From: Sphyrna mokarran
Lineage: Eukaryota
DNA: 64,000 bases
NCBI GenBank assembly: GCA_024679065.1
Contig: JAGIQG010000029.1
Coordinates: 8,928,001 to 8,992,000, forward strand
Reading direction: 5' to 3'
Shown here in pieces: positions 38,301-49,017 of the stretch. The first letter of the stretch is position 1. Each line of letters starts with the position of its first letter. The notes beneath the pieces were generated by a model that worked only from the letters and a program-made list of their open reading frames with translations, made no database searches and was not told the DNA's origin. Position numbers and translations under genes: made by a program.

Positions 38301-40610
38301 TTGGGTATACTCCTACAAGGAAATTAAAGTTAGCACGTAGGTTTAACAAGCAATTAGGAAAGCAAACCATATGTTGGCCTATATTGCAAAGGGACTAGAG
38401 CCCAAGAATTAACAAGTCTGGCTATAATTGTATGGGGCCCTAGTAAGAACAAACCTAGAATATTGCATGTAATTTGACCTCCCATATTTAAGGAAATATG
38501 TATTTGTGTTAGACAACAGTACATAAAACGCTCATTAAGTTGTTCCCTGGGATGTTGCCCTATGGTGAGAGTTTGAGTTAATTGGGCTGTATTCTCTGGA
38601 GTTCAGAAGAGTGCGAGGTGGCCTCTGGGTTTGACAGGGTAGATGTTGCAAGGATGTTTCCCCAGGCTGGAAAATCTAATGTAAGAAGTCCCACAACACC
38701 AGGTTAAAGTCCAACAGGTAGCACAAGGCATTAGCTTTCAAAGTGTGCTCCTTCATCAGGTAAGTGGGAGTTCTGTTCACAAACAGGGCATATAAAAACA
38801 CAAACTCAATTTACAAAATAATGGTTGGAAAGTTTTGTAAATTGAGTTTGTGTCTTCATATGCCCAGTTTGTGAACAGAACTCCCACTTACCTGACAAAG
38901 AGTAGTGTTCCGAAAGCTAGTGGCTGGTGCTACTAAATAAACCTGTTGGACTTTAACCTGGTGTTGCGAGACTTCTTACCTGTGTTTATCCCAATCCAAT
39001 GTCAGCATTTCAACATCATGGGAAACCTAAACCAGGGGCATAAGTGGATTTATAATGAAACACGCCGTGGGACAGGCCCTGCGCTGACTGGTACACTGGG
39101 CATCTAATTAGACTCTATCAGCAGGCAATGCAGAGTGAAATCAGCCTCTGATTCTGAAAGAGCGGGAAAACACTGATCCTAATCATACAAACAGTTAACA
39201 GGAAGAGTCAGAGGCAGTTGAGGTTTTTAGCTTTTTTGCGGAAGGCGAACAGCTTTGCAACCCAATCAAGGGCAGGTCAGCAACAGCGAAGCATTGAAAG
39301 CTGCTGCGGGGAGCAATGGGAGAGGCAAGCCTGTGACTTAACCCACGGCTGAGAGAAGGCCAGCAACAGTCAGACACAAGGTGCTGGAAGCCACCACAAG
39401 GTGAGGTGAGCCATCAAGCAGGTTTGTGACTTGACCCTGGGCAGGCCAGCAACAGCGAGGCACTGAAATCCAGCCACCACGGGGTGAGGTGAGCAGGTAG
39501 CAACTTGATCCAACCAGCATTAATGAAGTGTGAGACCTTGAATCAAGCCTTAGCCATGAGGAGACAATGTGCAAATCTGGAGGCTAACTTGATGACCCTA
39601 TGTGCGTGAGATATGAGAATGTGAGGGTTGGAGAAGGTTGTGATGGAGTGGGGGTGCAGGGAGTTAGCCAGGCTTGCAGACTTGCTGTGAGGAAGAATAT
39701 ATAAGGGCTAAGTTTGGAAGGAGGGAGATTTTGTGATTTGGTTGGGGACCCCCAGGAGGGAGAGTATGTGATTGAGGGGGAGTGGTGGAGGAATGGACAA
39801 GAGAAGAGTAGAATGAATATTGTTTGAAATCCAGAATCACAGCTTCGTAGTCAAAAGATGGATTCAGTTTTTGCAGCACTTGCATTGAAGCTGATGGAAA
39901 ATGTAAGATTGACTGTGCTAATGGCTGCTCTTTCAGACATTTCATTTAAATCAAGATCACTTTCTTTAGCAATATGAAGGAAGACTATCAATCTGGCCAT
40001 CAAAAAATGCAGGAAATTAAAAGGGCGCAAGAGGGTGAAGCTGGGCAAAAAGACAGTTTGTCACTTTGCAGTTTAAAAAGTTTGAAAAATTGAACAATGC
40101 ACACATTGCAGATTCATCGTCATCCAAAAGTGTGCGTGAATTATCTGATGACTTTGACTTGCTGATCATGTCACTTGGAAAAGTTGAACAAACAGTGGAC
40201 TCTGAAATGACAGTTGTGTTTTTACAAGGTTAAAAAGCTGTGATCAATTTATGTATTTCTGTGACTTCTGTTGGTGAGGTTGGAGAGGGAACCCCAGAAA
40301 CGAAGGATTATGGAAGGCCCTGCAAATTGTAAACCTGCCTCTGCACAGGGACCAATCATTTGAGACCGTGATGAGGGGAAATTTCTTCACTCAAAAGGAT
40401 TGGAATCTTCAGAGTTCTCTACCACGAGAGTTGTAAATGTGCCATGGTTGATTTACGGTTAAGACTGGGAGCCAGTTTTTTTTTTGGTCTTGGAGAATCC
40501 AGGTCTCTGGGGAGCAGCTGGTGAAGTGGAGTTGAAGCAGAAGATCGGCTATGATCACGTTGAATGATGAAGCAGACTCAATGGTCTCCTCTTCTTCTTG
40601 TGTGCTTATT
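35380..40610 (+). mobile_element. Nested cluster of degraded CR1 LINE pieces with SINE and PLE insertions
   Basis: CR1 RT remnants at 35640-36000, 36060-36960, 37030-37125, 37940-38680 (FADDTKL) and 40360-40610; V-SINE 36164-36365; minus-strand CR1 3' end 37128-37565. Confidence 0.7.
38680..39019. mobile_element. Palindromic PLE-derived mini-element (inverted pLTRs) with TSD
   Basis: gtaagaagtcccacaacaccaggttaaagtcc...caatttacaaaa / ttttgtaaattg...ggactttaacctggtgttgcgagacttcttac; TSD ggaaaatctaa / gggaaacctaa. Confidence 0.9.
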
Positions 40611-41534
40611 TACACTTCCGTTGACTGTTCCAGGTTTGTGCAGCTTTTGTAAGGGAAGATGACGAACCTATTATTATTTCAGGAATCAGTCAAATATATT
40701 TTTTACCTCACTGTCTGATTACTCTCAACATCCTTTCAGCAGAAACGTGCATGTGGAGAACATTCACTTTTGAAAAGATGTGTGGCGGTTGTCCTTTTTT
40801 ATAAGGATTAATAGGGACCAATCAAGGAGCAGGTTGGGGAATTACCCTGGTGAGCACAGGTTTCTATTCCAGAACCTTTTTGGAAGTTGACTGCAGCCAC
40901 GAGGCTGCAAGCTTCTGTACAGCCTTTACCAGTAATAAAAATTGTAGTTTTTCCCTTAACTAGTGAACAAGAGGTATTCCATAAAATAGTTGCAGTGTAC
41001 TTCTAACCTGAAGCCTGAATGTTTTCTAATCTCAATCTGACTTGCGCATCAACCAGTTTAACTTTGACTGGCCCGAGGCATTGATTATTTAACAACAATC
41101 ATTAATAATAAGTTTTAAAGGGACTCTGTTCCACTTTGTGATAGTGTTATACATTCTACTTTATAGCTCTGTTGCTATGTGATACTTGAGCAATGTTTCA
41201 GGAAATATCTAGATTTTCATATTGGTGTATTAAATGCTGCTCTCCCTACTGAGGGGGCAACATTAGTAGCTCACCTTCCCAGGTGTCTCCAGTGTTACTC
41301 CTGACTGACTTCTGAGGCTGATGGCAAGACCTCCTTTTGTTTTCATTTCTTTATCCACTGCTTACAAAGAACTGGGATTGGCTGGGGGAGGAGAAGGAAC
41401 TGGCTGGCTGGGTGGTCAGAGTGGGATGCTGTTCGTATTATCTTCCACTTAATTTCTGCATGGAAAATATTATCTTTCAACCAACATTATTATTTAAAAA
41501 TTAAAGACATCTAGTCAACTCTTTTGGGACTTCA

Positions 41535-42030
41535 CATCTGCCATCTACAAGGCACAAGTCGGGAATGTGATGGAATAGTCTCCACTGACTAGGCAACACT
41601 CAAGACGCTTGACACGATACTGGACAAAGCAGTTTGTTTGATTGGCACCCCTTCTACAATAATTCATCCCCTTCATCACCAAACAGTGTCAGCCATGTGT
41701 ACCATCTACAGATGTGCTGTAGGAACTCAACAAGATGCCATAGGCAGCATTTTCCAAACATGTGGCTGCAACTCTAGAAGGACAAGAGCAACAGACACAT
41801 GGGAGCGCCATCACCGGCACGTTCCCCTCCAAGCCACTCATCATCCTGACTTGGAAATATATCAGTCATTCCTTCACTGTCACTGAGTCAAAAATCCTGC
41901 AATTTCCTTCCTTACAGCACTGAGAGTGTACTGACACCATGGACTGCAGCAGTCCATGAAAGCAGTTTGGGGCCACCTTATCAAGGGACAATTAGACAAT
42001 AAATGTTGACCTGGCCAGTGATGCCTGTAA
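41535..42030 (+). mobile_element. 3' end of the old CR1/L2-group LINE
   Basis: ccatctacaaggcacaagtc...ggactgcagcagtcc...caataaatgttgacctggccagtgatgcc. Confidence 0.7.
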
Positions 42031-43280
42031 ACATACATGGTGACTATGTTTTTAACAAAAGTACTTGATTAGCTGTAAAAGCATTTTGGTCTGAACTGAG
42101 ATCAGGTATCGTGTTGCATATATAATAGCAAGCTGGCTTGTTTTCTTTCTACGTTGTCACATTTTCCAGAGAGCTGTCATTTTACCATTCCTTCCTATAA
42201 CACAGTCCCTAACGTCTTTATAAAGTTAAGTAAAAGGCCCAATGGATATGTGCCACTGTGTTTGAAGGAGATGGAAGCCACCCGACAAACTTGACTGAGC
42301 AGACCTCCTGGAATATTGTCTGACTGTCCCTGTGTTTCTGCATAACGGGGCCATTCTAAGTGACCAAGTTTGCTTCTATTGCTGGCTTTTGATGCTGTAA
42401 AATAATAAAAACAAAGAAATAGAATTGGTTCCATAAGTAATGAAATTTGTCATTAAGTGAATGTAACTTTTTTTGAAAAAAATGCTTGAATTATGAAGGA
42501 AAAAGTTGAAATTTAATCGTAGTCTAGCTGGGGGGAAGGCCTCTGGGTCGTGCCCAGAGGAGTTTCCAGTTGGACTGAGACATTATGTGATAGTTGTTTT
42601 CAGTCAGTGTTTCATTATATTTATTGAATTTGCTGAATATCGCTCAAACCTTGGGTCAGTTTCAGATGTCAGTGTTGACAAGAGGCCGAGAATTGTTTCT
42701 TGTGGAATTGATGGGGGAGTGGGGTGCTTTCACTAAATATATACTACACTAAAGAATAACGTTTTTATGCATCCAAAGTTAATAGGTTGTAACTATCCTG
42801 CTTTCTTGCCTCTCTCAACTCCCTTGCCAACTTTCTCATGCCAGTTCGGAGTTGCAGAATAAGTTGATGGACTGCTGTTGAGACCAGAATGGAATGCAGA
42901 CAATTAGTTGGGCTCTTGTAGTGAACAGCTGGCTGGCAGGTTGCAGCTTTCTATCCCGTATGATGAGTATCCAGGTTCCTCAAGCAAAAGGATAGTGCAC
43001 TGACCAGGTGTTCTACCAGTCCCCCAGTCCCTAGCCGATTGAAGATGGATTTTTAACATGGACTTAGCACAAATATGCAAGTACGTTGAAGAGTAGCATA
43101 GATAAAAATGAGATTTACCATCTACGTTGCCTTGTATTTTATAATATCTTTATTAAGTATTGCTTGCCAGCATTTTCACTGATGTAAGGAATAGTTTTGA
43201 CAGTCATATTGTTTATTGAGGTTGCGTTGCACATTCAGGAAGATTGTGTGTGCAGTCTGTTTGGATTGAGGCAGAGGGCT

Positions 43281-46200
43281 CATGGTACAGTGGTTATGTC
43301 ACTGGCCTTGTAATTCCAAGACCTTGGGCTTCTGATTCAGAAAGTGAGCGTTAAAATCCCACAGTTTTAACATTTTAATTAAAATCCTTCCTTAGAAAAG
43401 GAAAATCTGAATAATAAAAGCTGATAGTGCTAGTGGAAATTGTTGGGTTGTCATTAAAAAGCCAATTAATTCACTAGACCGTCTGTCTTGACTAGTGAGC
43501 CCAGTGCAGGATTTCAGCATTACCAGTGTGATTGACTTTTAACTGACCTCTGGAGTGGCTCAGTAAGCCACACAGTTTACCAAACTGCTACAACAAAGTG
43601 TAACAGCTATCATTGCCCCAAGTACTGGATTCAGAAATGTGAATGGCATATCCAGCCCAGCTGATTCTGTAAATTCCTCCTCATACCTGGGGAATCCTGC
43701 CAGAACTAGAAGAGCTGGCCCATGGAGTGGCCAAATAAAAGTCTAATATTTGATGTGACACTGTCCCAGACTGTTCAATCACCATCTCTCAATATGAGGA
43801 GGTTTACCAGGATGTTGCTTGGTATGATGGCTAGATCTTTTGAGGAAAGGCTAAGGGAATTGAAGTTATTTTCATTAGAGAGAAGAAGGCTAAGCGGTGA
43901 CTTAATTGAGACATATAGATGATCAGAGGGTTAGATAGGGTGGATAGTGAGAGCCTTTTTCCTCAGGTGGAGATGGATAACACAAGGGGACATAACTACC
44001 ACCACCTTAATTTAAAGCTATAGGACAGAAGCTAGAGGTGGGTTTTTTACTCAGAGGGTAGTAAGGGCATGGAATGCCCTGCCTGCAGCAATTGTGGACT
44101 CATCAAGTTTACGGGCGTTCAAATGGTCAGTGGGTAGGCATATGGAAAGCATTGGAATAGTTTAGGATAGAGGATCATAAAATTGGTTCCATTGATTGGC
44201 ACAACATCGAGGGCCGAAGGGCCTGTACTGCGCTGTAATGTTCTATGTACTGTCCCAGCACAGGATGAACTCTCAAGAGGTGGTCAACATTAACATTGGG
44301 TGGAACACTGTGTCTTGTAGTTTCAAATCAAACCTGGGCAAGGAAACTTTAGTCAGCTGATGAATTGGTAGTTGAAAAGTACTTGGAAGGGGCGCACACT
44401 GTGGATGGAATGCATCAATGTCTGCCATCATATATGGCTCAGTGCCATCACTGCTGACCAAGCTGGCTGATACCTTGGAGTGTATTCACATCTGAGGAAG
44501 CTCTTGTGGTGCAGCACCACTACTCGCTGCTACGTGGGATTAGTTCAGAATAGATGTGGCAGCTTAAAACAGGAGGTCTGTGAGGTGCTGTGGACCATCA
44601 GCAGCATTGTATCCCAACACAGTTCTCACCTCAGCACAGCATATTCCTCACTCTGCTAAGATCTGAGACTAATCCTGGTTTGGGCAGGAATGAAGGAAAG
44701 CAACCAAGGAATAGCACCTGGTATAACGAATGAGCTGATAGCTTGTTAAGATCCAATACAAGAGTGTGTGCATGTTATAGGTGGAGTTAGAGATAAATAT
44801 AGAAAATAGAGCAGGAGTAAGCCATTTGGCCCTTCGAGCCTGCTCTGCCATTCATTTTGATCATCACTGATCATCAAAATCAATCCCTTAGCCCCAGGAA
44901 CTATGTCTAATTTCTCCCTGAAATTTCCATTATTACATTATGGTAGTGAATTCCAAGCATTTACCACTCTGGGCAGAATGGTGGCACAGTGGCTAGCACT
45001 GCTGCCCCACCATTGGGGCCATTGATCCCATCACCAATGAATCATATCAAAGTCCTGCTTCATTCTGTTGTGAATGGTTGTAAAAATTGAACAACTAACA
45101 GGTAAAGGAAATGCCATGTATATCCCCATCCTTTAAATGTGTATATAGTTTATCATGAGGCAACAAGTGCTTACCACCAGCTTCAGCCATGAGTACCATG
45201 GATTATCCTTCTCCGTGCCCTCTGAGGCCCAAACATCACAGAATGCAATCTTCTGCCAATTTAAATCTCCTTGTGACATCAAGATATGTCTGAATGTGCT
45301 GGATGTGGCAAAGGGTGTGTTTGTTGGCCAACGCCTCGGCTTCAGTGCTGGTGACTGCTCTCTCTCAAGGTTGTTCCAACATAGCACCGACGTCGAAGCA
45401 ATGAAGTGGAAATGCCTATCCATAAAATGCAGGACATTATTCAATCCATCCAAGGTATCAACCTACTTTTCAATCATCAGAAAAGTGATGGAAGGGTCTG
45501 TTGGTGCAATCAAATAATCTTTAATAACCTCACTGTTCAAATTGGGAGCACTCATCTGCAGCCTGCATTACATTCAAGGCCCACAAAGGGATGAAAGAGT
45601 TGGGCCGAAGGGCCTATTTCCCGTGCTGTTTTGTTTTTTTCTGTTCTTTCTTTGTTCTTAGTTGTATTTTAGAGGTGAGCAGAGAGTGACTGCTTTAGTA
45701 CCAAGGTAGCAATTGAATGATTGTGGCATCAAGGAACCCTAATAAAATTCAAGTCAATGGGACTTGGTGTAGGGGGTGGGGAAAATTTATTCTCTGGACA
45801 GAGTTGTATCTAGCCCAAAGGAAAATGGCTTTGATTGCCAGAGATCATCATCCAAGCTTCAGGATGTCATTTACAAGAATTCCCCAGGACAGTGTCTTAA
45901 ATCTAACATTTTTAGCTGCTTTGTCAATGACTTTCCTGTCATTGTAAGGTCAGAAGTGTGGATACTTGCTGATGATTACATTGTGCTAAGTACTATTGGT
46001 GACTCTTCAGATATTGAATTGGTCCATGCTGCATTGCAAAAAGATTTGGATGATATTTGGGTTTGGCAAGTAAGTTCACTTGGCAGTTGCTGGAGATGGT
46101 CATGATTGCCACGCAAGAGAAGGTCTAACTATCTTTTCTTGACATTCACTGGCATTATCATAGTTGAATCCAGCTGTGTGGGGAATGAGCAGAAACCTAA

Positions 46201-46670
46201 CCAGATCAGTGCTTACAGGAGCAGGTCAGGGGCTCGGAATTCTGCTGTGAGTAACTTGCTTGCTGATTTCCCCAGACCTTGTCCATCTGCAAGGCACAAG
46301 TCAGGAGTATGATGGAGTCTTCCACCTTCCTGATGAGTGCAGCTCCAACATCGTCCAATTCGAAGCAGTTGAATTGATCAGCATCTCATCTGCCATTGGT
46401 GCAGCATAGTTGTGATCTATAAGATGAAACTCATCAAGACTTCTTCATTAGCACCTTTCAAACTCATAAACTCTGCTAGTTGGAAGCACGAAGGCAGCAA
46501 GTCTCTTTTGGTCCTCATTTGAAAAGATATCATTGCTGGGTTAGAATCCTGGGACTTGGATCTCTAAAAGCATTGTGGGAATGCCTTCATTACACGGTGA
46601 GTTGCTGCACCCCACTTAGTGAGGTAATTTACAATGGCCGATAAATGCTGACTTTGTGAGGGGCAGCGAC
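43281..46670 (+). mobile_element. Second copy of the old tRNA-headed CR1/L2-group LINE, interrupted by CR1 3' ends (43795-44250, 44795-44970, 45600-45660)
   Basis: Head catggtacagtggttatgtcactgg; APE start about 43680; RT LADDY at about 45965; tail gataaatgctgactttg. Confidence 0.65.
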
Positions 46671-46987
46671 TCATGAATCGCTTCCTGTCAGATGAGCGAT
46701 TTTAAAAAATATTCAGTCTTGCATTGCAATGGGATTCTGAATTGCAGGTGCTTTGTGCTTTGTATATTGAGAGAGCAAGTGTTAGAGCTTCTTGGTAGCA
46801 TTAAAACTGATAAATCTCCGGGGCCTGATGGCATTTATCCCAGGCTGCTTAGGGAGGTGCGAGGTGAAATTGCTGAGCCTCTGACGCAAATCTTTGTCTC
46901 TTTGGACACAGGTGAGGTCCCAGAGGACTGGAGAATAGCTAATGTTGTACTGTTGTTTAAAAAGGGTAGTAGGGATAACCCTGGAAA

Positions 46988-47010
46988 GCGGGAGTAACTA
47001 TGACTCTCTT
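46988..47010 (+). rRNA. 23-nt fragment of 28S rRNA (R2 target upstream flank)
   Basis: gcgggagtaactatgactctctt matches 28S GGCGGGAGTAACTATGACTCTCTTAAGG^TAGCC. Confidence 0.92.
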
Positions 47011-47124
47011 GTTACTTTAGCTGTGCGTGTCTTGTCAATTCTGCCGCACAGTGAGCTGCGCCTCCTCGTCGGTCCCGCCGGGCAACATCACCGCTACTCC
47101 ATCGTGGTGATGGCTAAAGCAGCT
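46988..47124 (+). ncRNA. HDV-like self-cleaving ribozyme (R2 5' type)
   Basis: P1 GCGGG/CCCGC(C); P2 AGCUGC 47054-47059 / GCAGCU 47119-47124; P3 GCC/GGU; L3 UCCUCGUC; P1.1 CC/GG; GCAA; P4 CAUCACC/GGUGAUG; J4/2 GCUAAA with candidate catalytic C at 47114. Confidence 0.88.
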
Positions 47125-47880
47125 GTCCTAGAATCGACGCGGAGTAGTTGTTTGTCTGGATGCCCGTGTCAGGCTGCAACTACAGACAAGTGGATGGAAG
47201 GATTGGCTAAGCCGAAATAAAGGCGATTGATAGCCAATCCCTGTAACTGTGGGGTCTTCTGGTTTCTACCCACAGTGAGTCAATCCCTTCCGTGGGAGCC
47301 ACCTGGTACCGTCTCCTTGGGCACAGGAGTGGGTATTCCGTGACTGGTGGAGAAACAAATAGCGGGGGCGATGCATGCCAGGTCCACGACCACTACCACA
47401 ACCACTTGGACTGCCATCCAAGAGTGGTATTGATGGAAGGGACGCTGTTGTGTGTTGCATAGCTGTGGTATTCTTGGCATTCTAGACCACAGTGAGTCAG
47501 TCCTTACCGATGGTGCCACAGGGAATTCAGGCCTTCGAGCTGGCAGGCGATGGCCTGAAGGAATCTGACTGGCAGAGAATAGCCAAAATGCTTCTATGCC
47601 TATAAACCCGGTTATTGGTGAAAGAGAAAAAGTTTTGGCTTGACAAGTTCCGGCTTGTCCCGGGGTTAATTGGTGATCCGCTGGCGGATGCGGTCACGCT
47701 TATCTAGGCATCAGAAGCACCCGCGACCCCCTACCCACACAATTCGGTACAGAGGGTAAGACGAACGAACTGTGCCTGGTGTGACACGGAGAAGGGACGT
47801 AGTGCCCCGTCTTGTCTCTGATGATCACTACCAGCGGATGACATCGACACCGATTTCCACCCAGGTGTCGCGGTACGTAT

Positions 47881-48079
47881 GGGCAACACATCAGCCCAGT
47901 GATTAGCACTGCTGGCTGGTCAGCTATAAGGACCCTGGGTCGACCATCGACCTCGGCCTGTGGCTGAGGGAGTTTGCACATTCTCTCCGTGTTTGCGTGG
48001 GTTTTCCCCGGGTACTCCGGTTTCCTCCCACATACCCAAAAACGTGCTAACTCGGTTAATTGGCTAAGACAAAATTGTC
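47881..48079 (+). mobile_element. Diverged tRNA head and V-domain SINE cassette inside the R2-like element
   Basis: gggcaacac...cagtgattagcactgctg...gggagtttgcacattctctccgtgtttgcgtgggttttccccgggtactccggtttcctcccaca; no SINE tail. Confidence 0.85.
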
Positions 48080-48365
48080 ACGTCACCTAATCTGGCTCCC
48101 TTTTGATTTGGCACAAATATATCCCTTAAATTCTAAATTCCCTCCCTCATGTAAGAGAGCCGAGCACCGACCACACAATGCCGTCAAAAGGCTCATTAAA
48201 TTGCCCATAAACATCAGGGATGACAATAAATAGAGCTTTCTATAAAATCTTAGCTTAAATCCCAGCTCATACCCCAGCTAATAACATCTTAGCAGGGAAT
48301 CCAACCGAGCCACAAACTTAGATCAAGTAGACCCCGGCTGGGGCTCTGCTAGTGGTAGACCAAAC

Positions 48366-48419
48366 CGTCGACGAGCGACGTAAAGACTCGGAAAAGGCAC
48401 TCATGCGGGTGTATTAAAA
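48366..48419 (+). other. R2-type 3' terminal pseudoknot plus hairpin (putative R2 protein recognition module)
   Basis: Stem CGUCG/CGACG with loop ACGAG pairing to CUCG (48387-48390), then GAAAAG, hairpin GCACUC/GGGUGU, A tail. Confidence 0.72.
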
Positions 48420-48859
48420 TAGGCTGGTGAGTTTGACGTCAGTGGTAGGGAAGCTGTTGGAGGGGATTCTTAGGATGTATAGGCACTTAGAGCGTTGCGA
48501 TCTGATTAGGGATACGCAGCATGGCTTTAAGGGGAGGTCATGCCTTACAAATCTGGTAGAATTTTTTGAGGAGGTGACGAAGACGGTGGATGAAGGGCGA
48601 GGCGTTGATGTCGTCTATATGGATTTTAGTAAGGCGTTTGACAAAGTCCCTCGTGGGAGGTTAGTTGAGAATGTCAAGGCTAATGAGATACAAGGACAGG
48701 TAGCTAGATGGATAAGTAACTGGCTTGGTAATAGGAGACAGAGAGTAATAGTGGAAGGGTGTTTTTCTAGCTGGAGGTCGGTCACTAGTGGTGTGCCGCA
48801 GGGCTCGGTACTGGGACCTCTTCTATTTGTAATATATATAAATGACTTGGAGTAAGTCC

Positions 48860-49017
48860 CTTTGTATATTGAAAGAGCAAATGTTAGAGCTTCTAGGTAG
48901 CATTAAAACTGATAAATCTCGGGGCTGATGGCATTTATCCCAGGCTGCTTAGGGAGGTGCGAGGTGAAATTGCTGAGCCTCTGACGCAAATCTTTGTCTC
49001 TTGGACACAGGTGAGGT
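48860..49017 (+). repeat. Internal direct duplication of 46758-46918 within the CR1 RT
   Basis: ctttgtatattga...gggaggtgcgaggtgaaattgctgagcctctgacgcaaatctttgtctc...ggacacaggtgaggt occurs twice, differing by a few substitutions and 1-2 nt indels. Confidence 0.95.

Larger units (their letters stand above)
46988..48419 (+). mobile_element. Non-autonomous R2-like (SIDE-type) element without an ORF
   Basis: Starts with 23 nt identical to the 28S rRNA upstream of the R2 site; HDV-like ribozyme; R2-type 3' pseudoknot and hairpin; interrupts the CR1 RT between NPG and RLVSL with no clear TSD. Confidence 0.82.

Noticed and set aside
46988-47010. rRNA gene or rDNA pseudogene
   Set aside because: Only 23 nt match 28S and they stop at the R2 site; better explained as a ribozyme leader.
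47341-47380. AGAAACA motif suggesting a hairpin ribozyme loop B
   Set aside because: The partner loop B strand and loop A geometry could not be found.
47818-47872. CUGAUGA followed by hairpins inside the R2-like element, a possible hammerhead
   Set aside because: No GAAA box (GACA instead) and no convincing stem I or II.
46942-47981. Short ORFs (64-93 aa) within the R2-like insert
   Set aside because: No zinc-finger, Myb, RT or RLE motifs; lengths expected by chance in GC-rich sequence.
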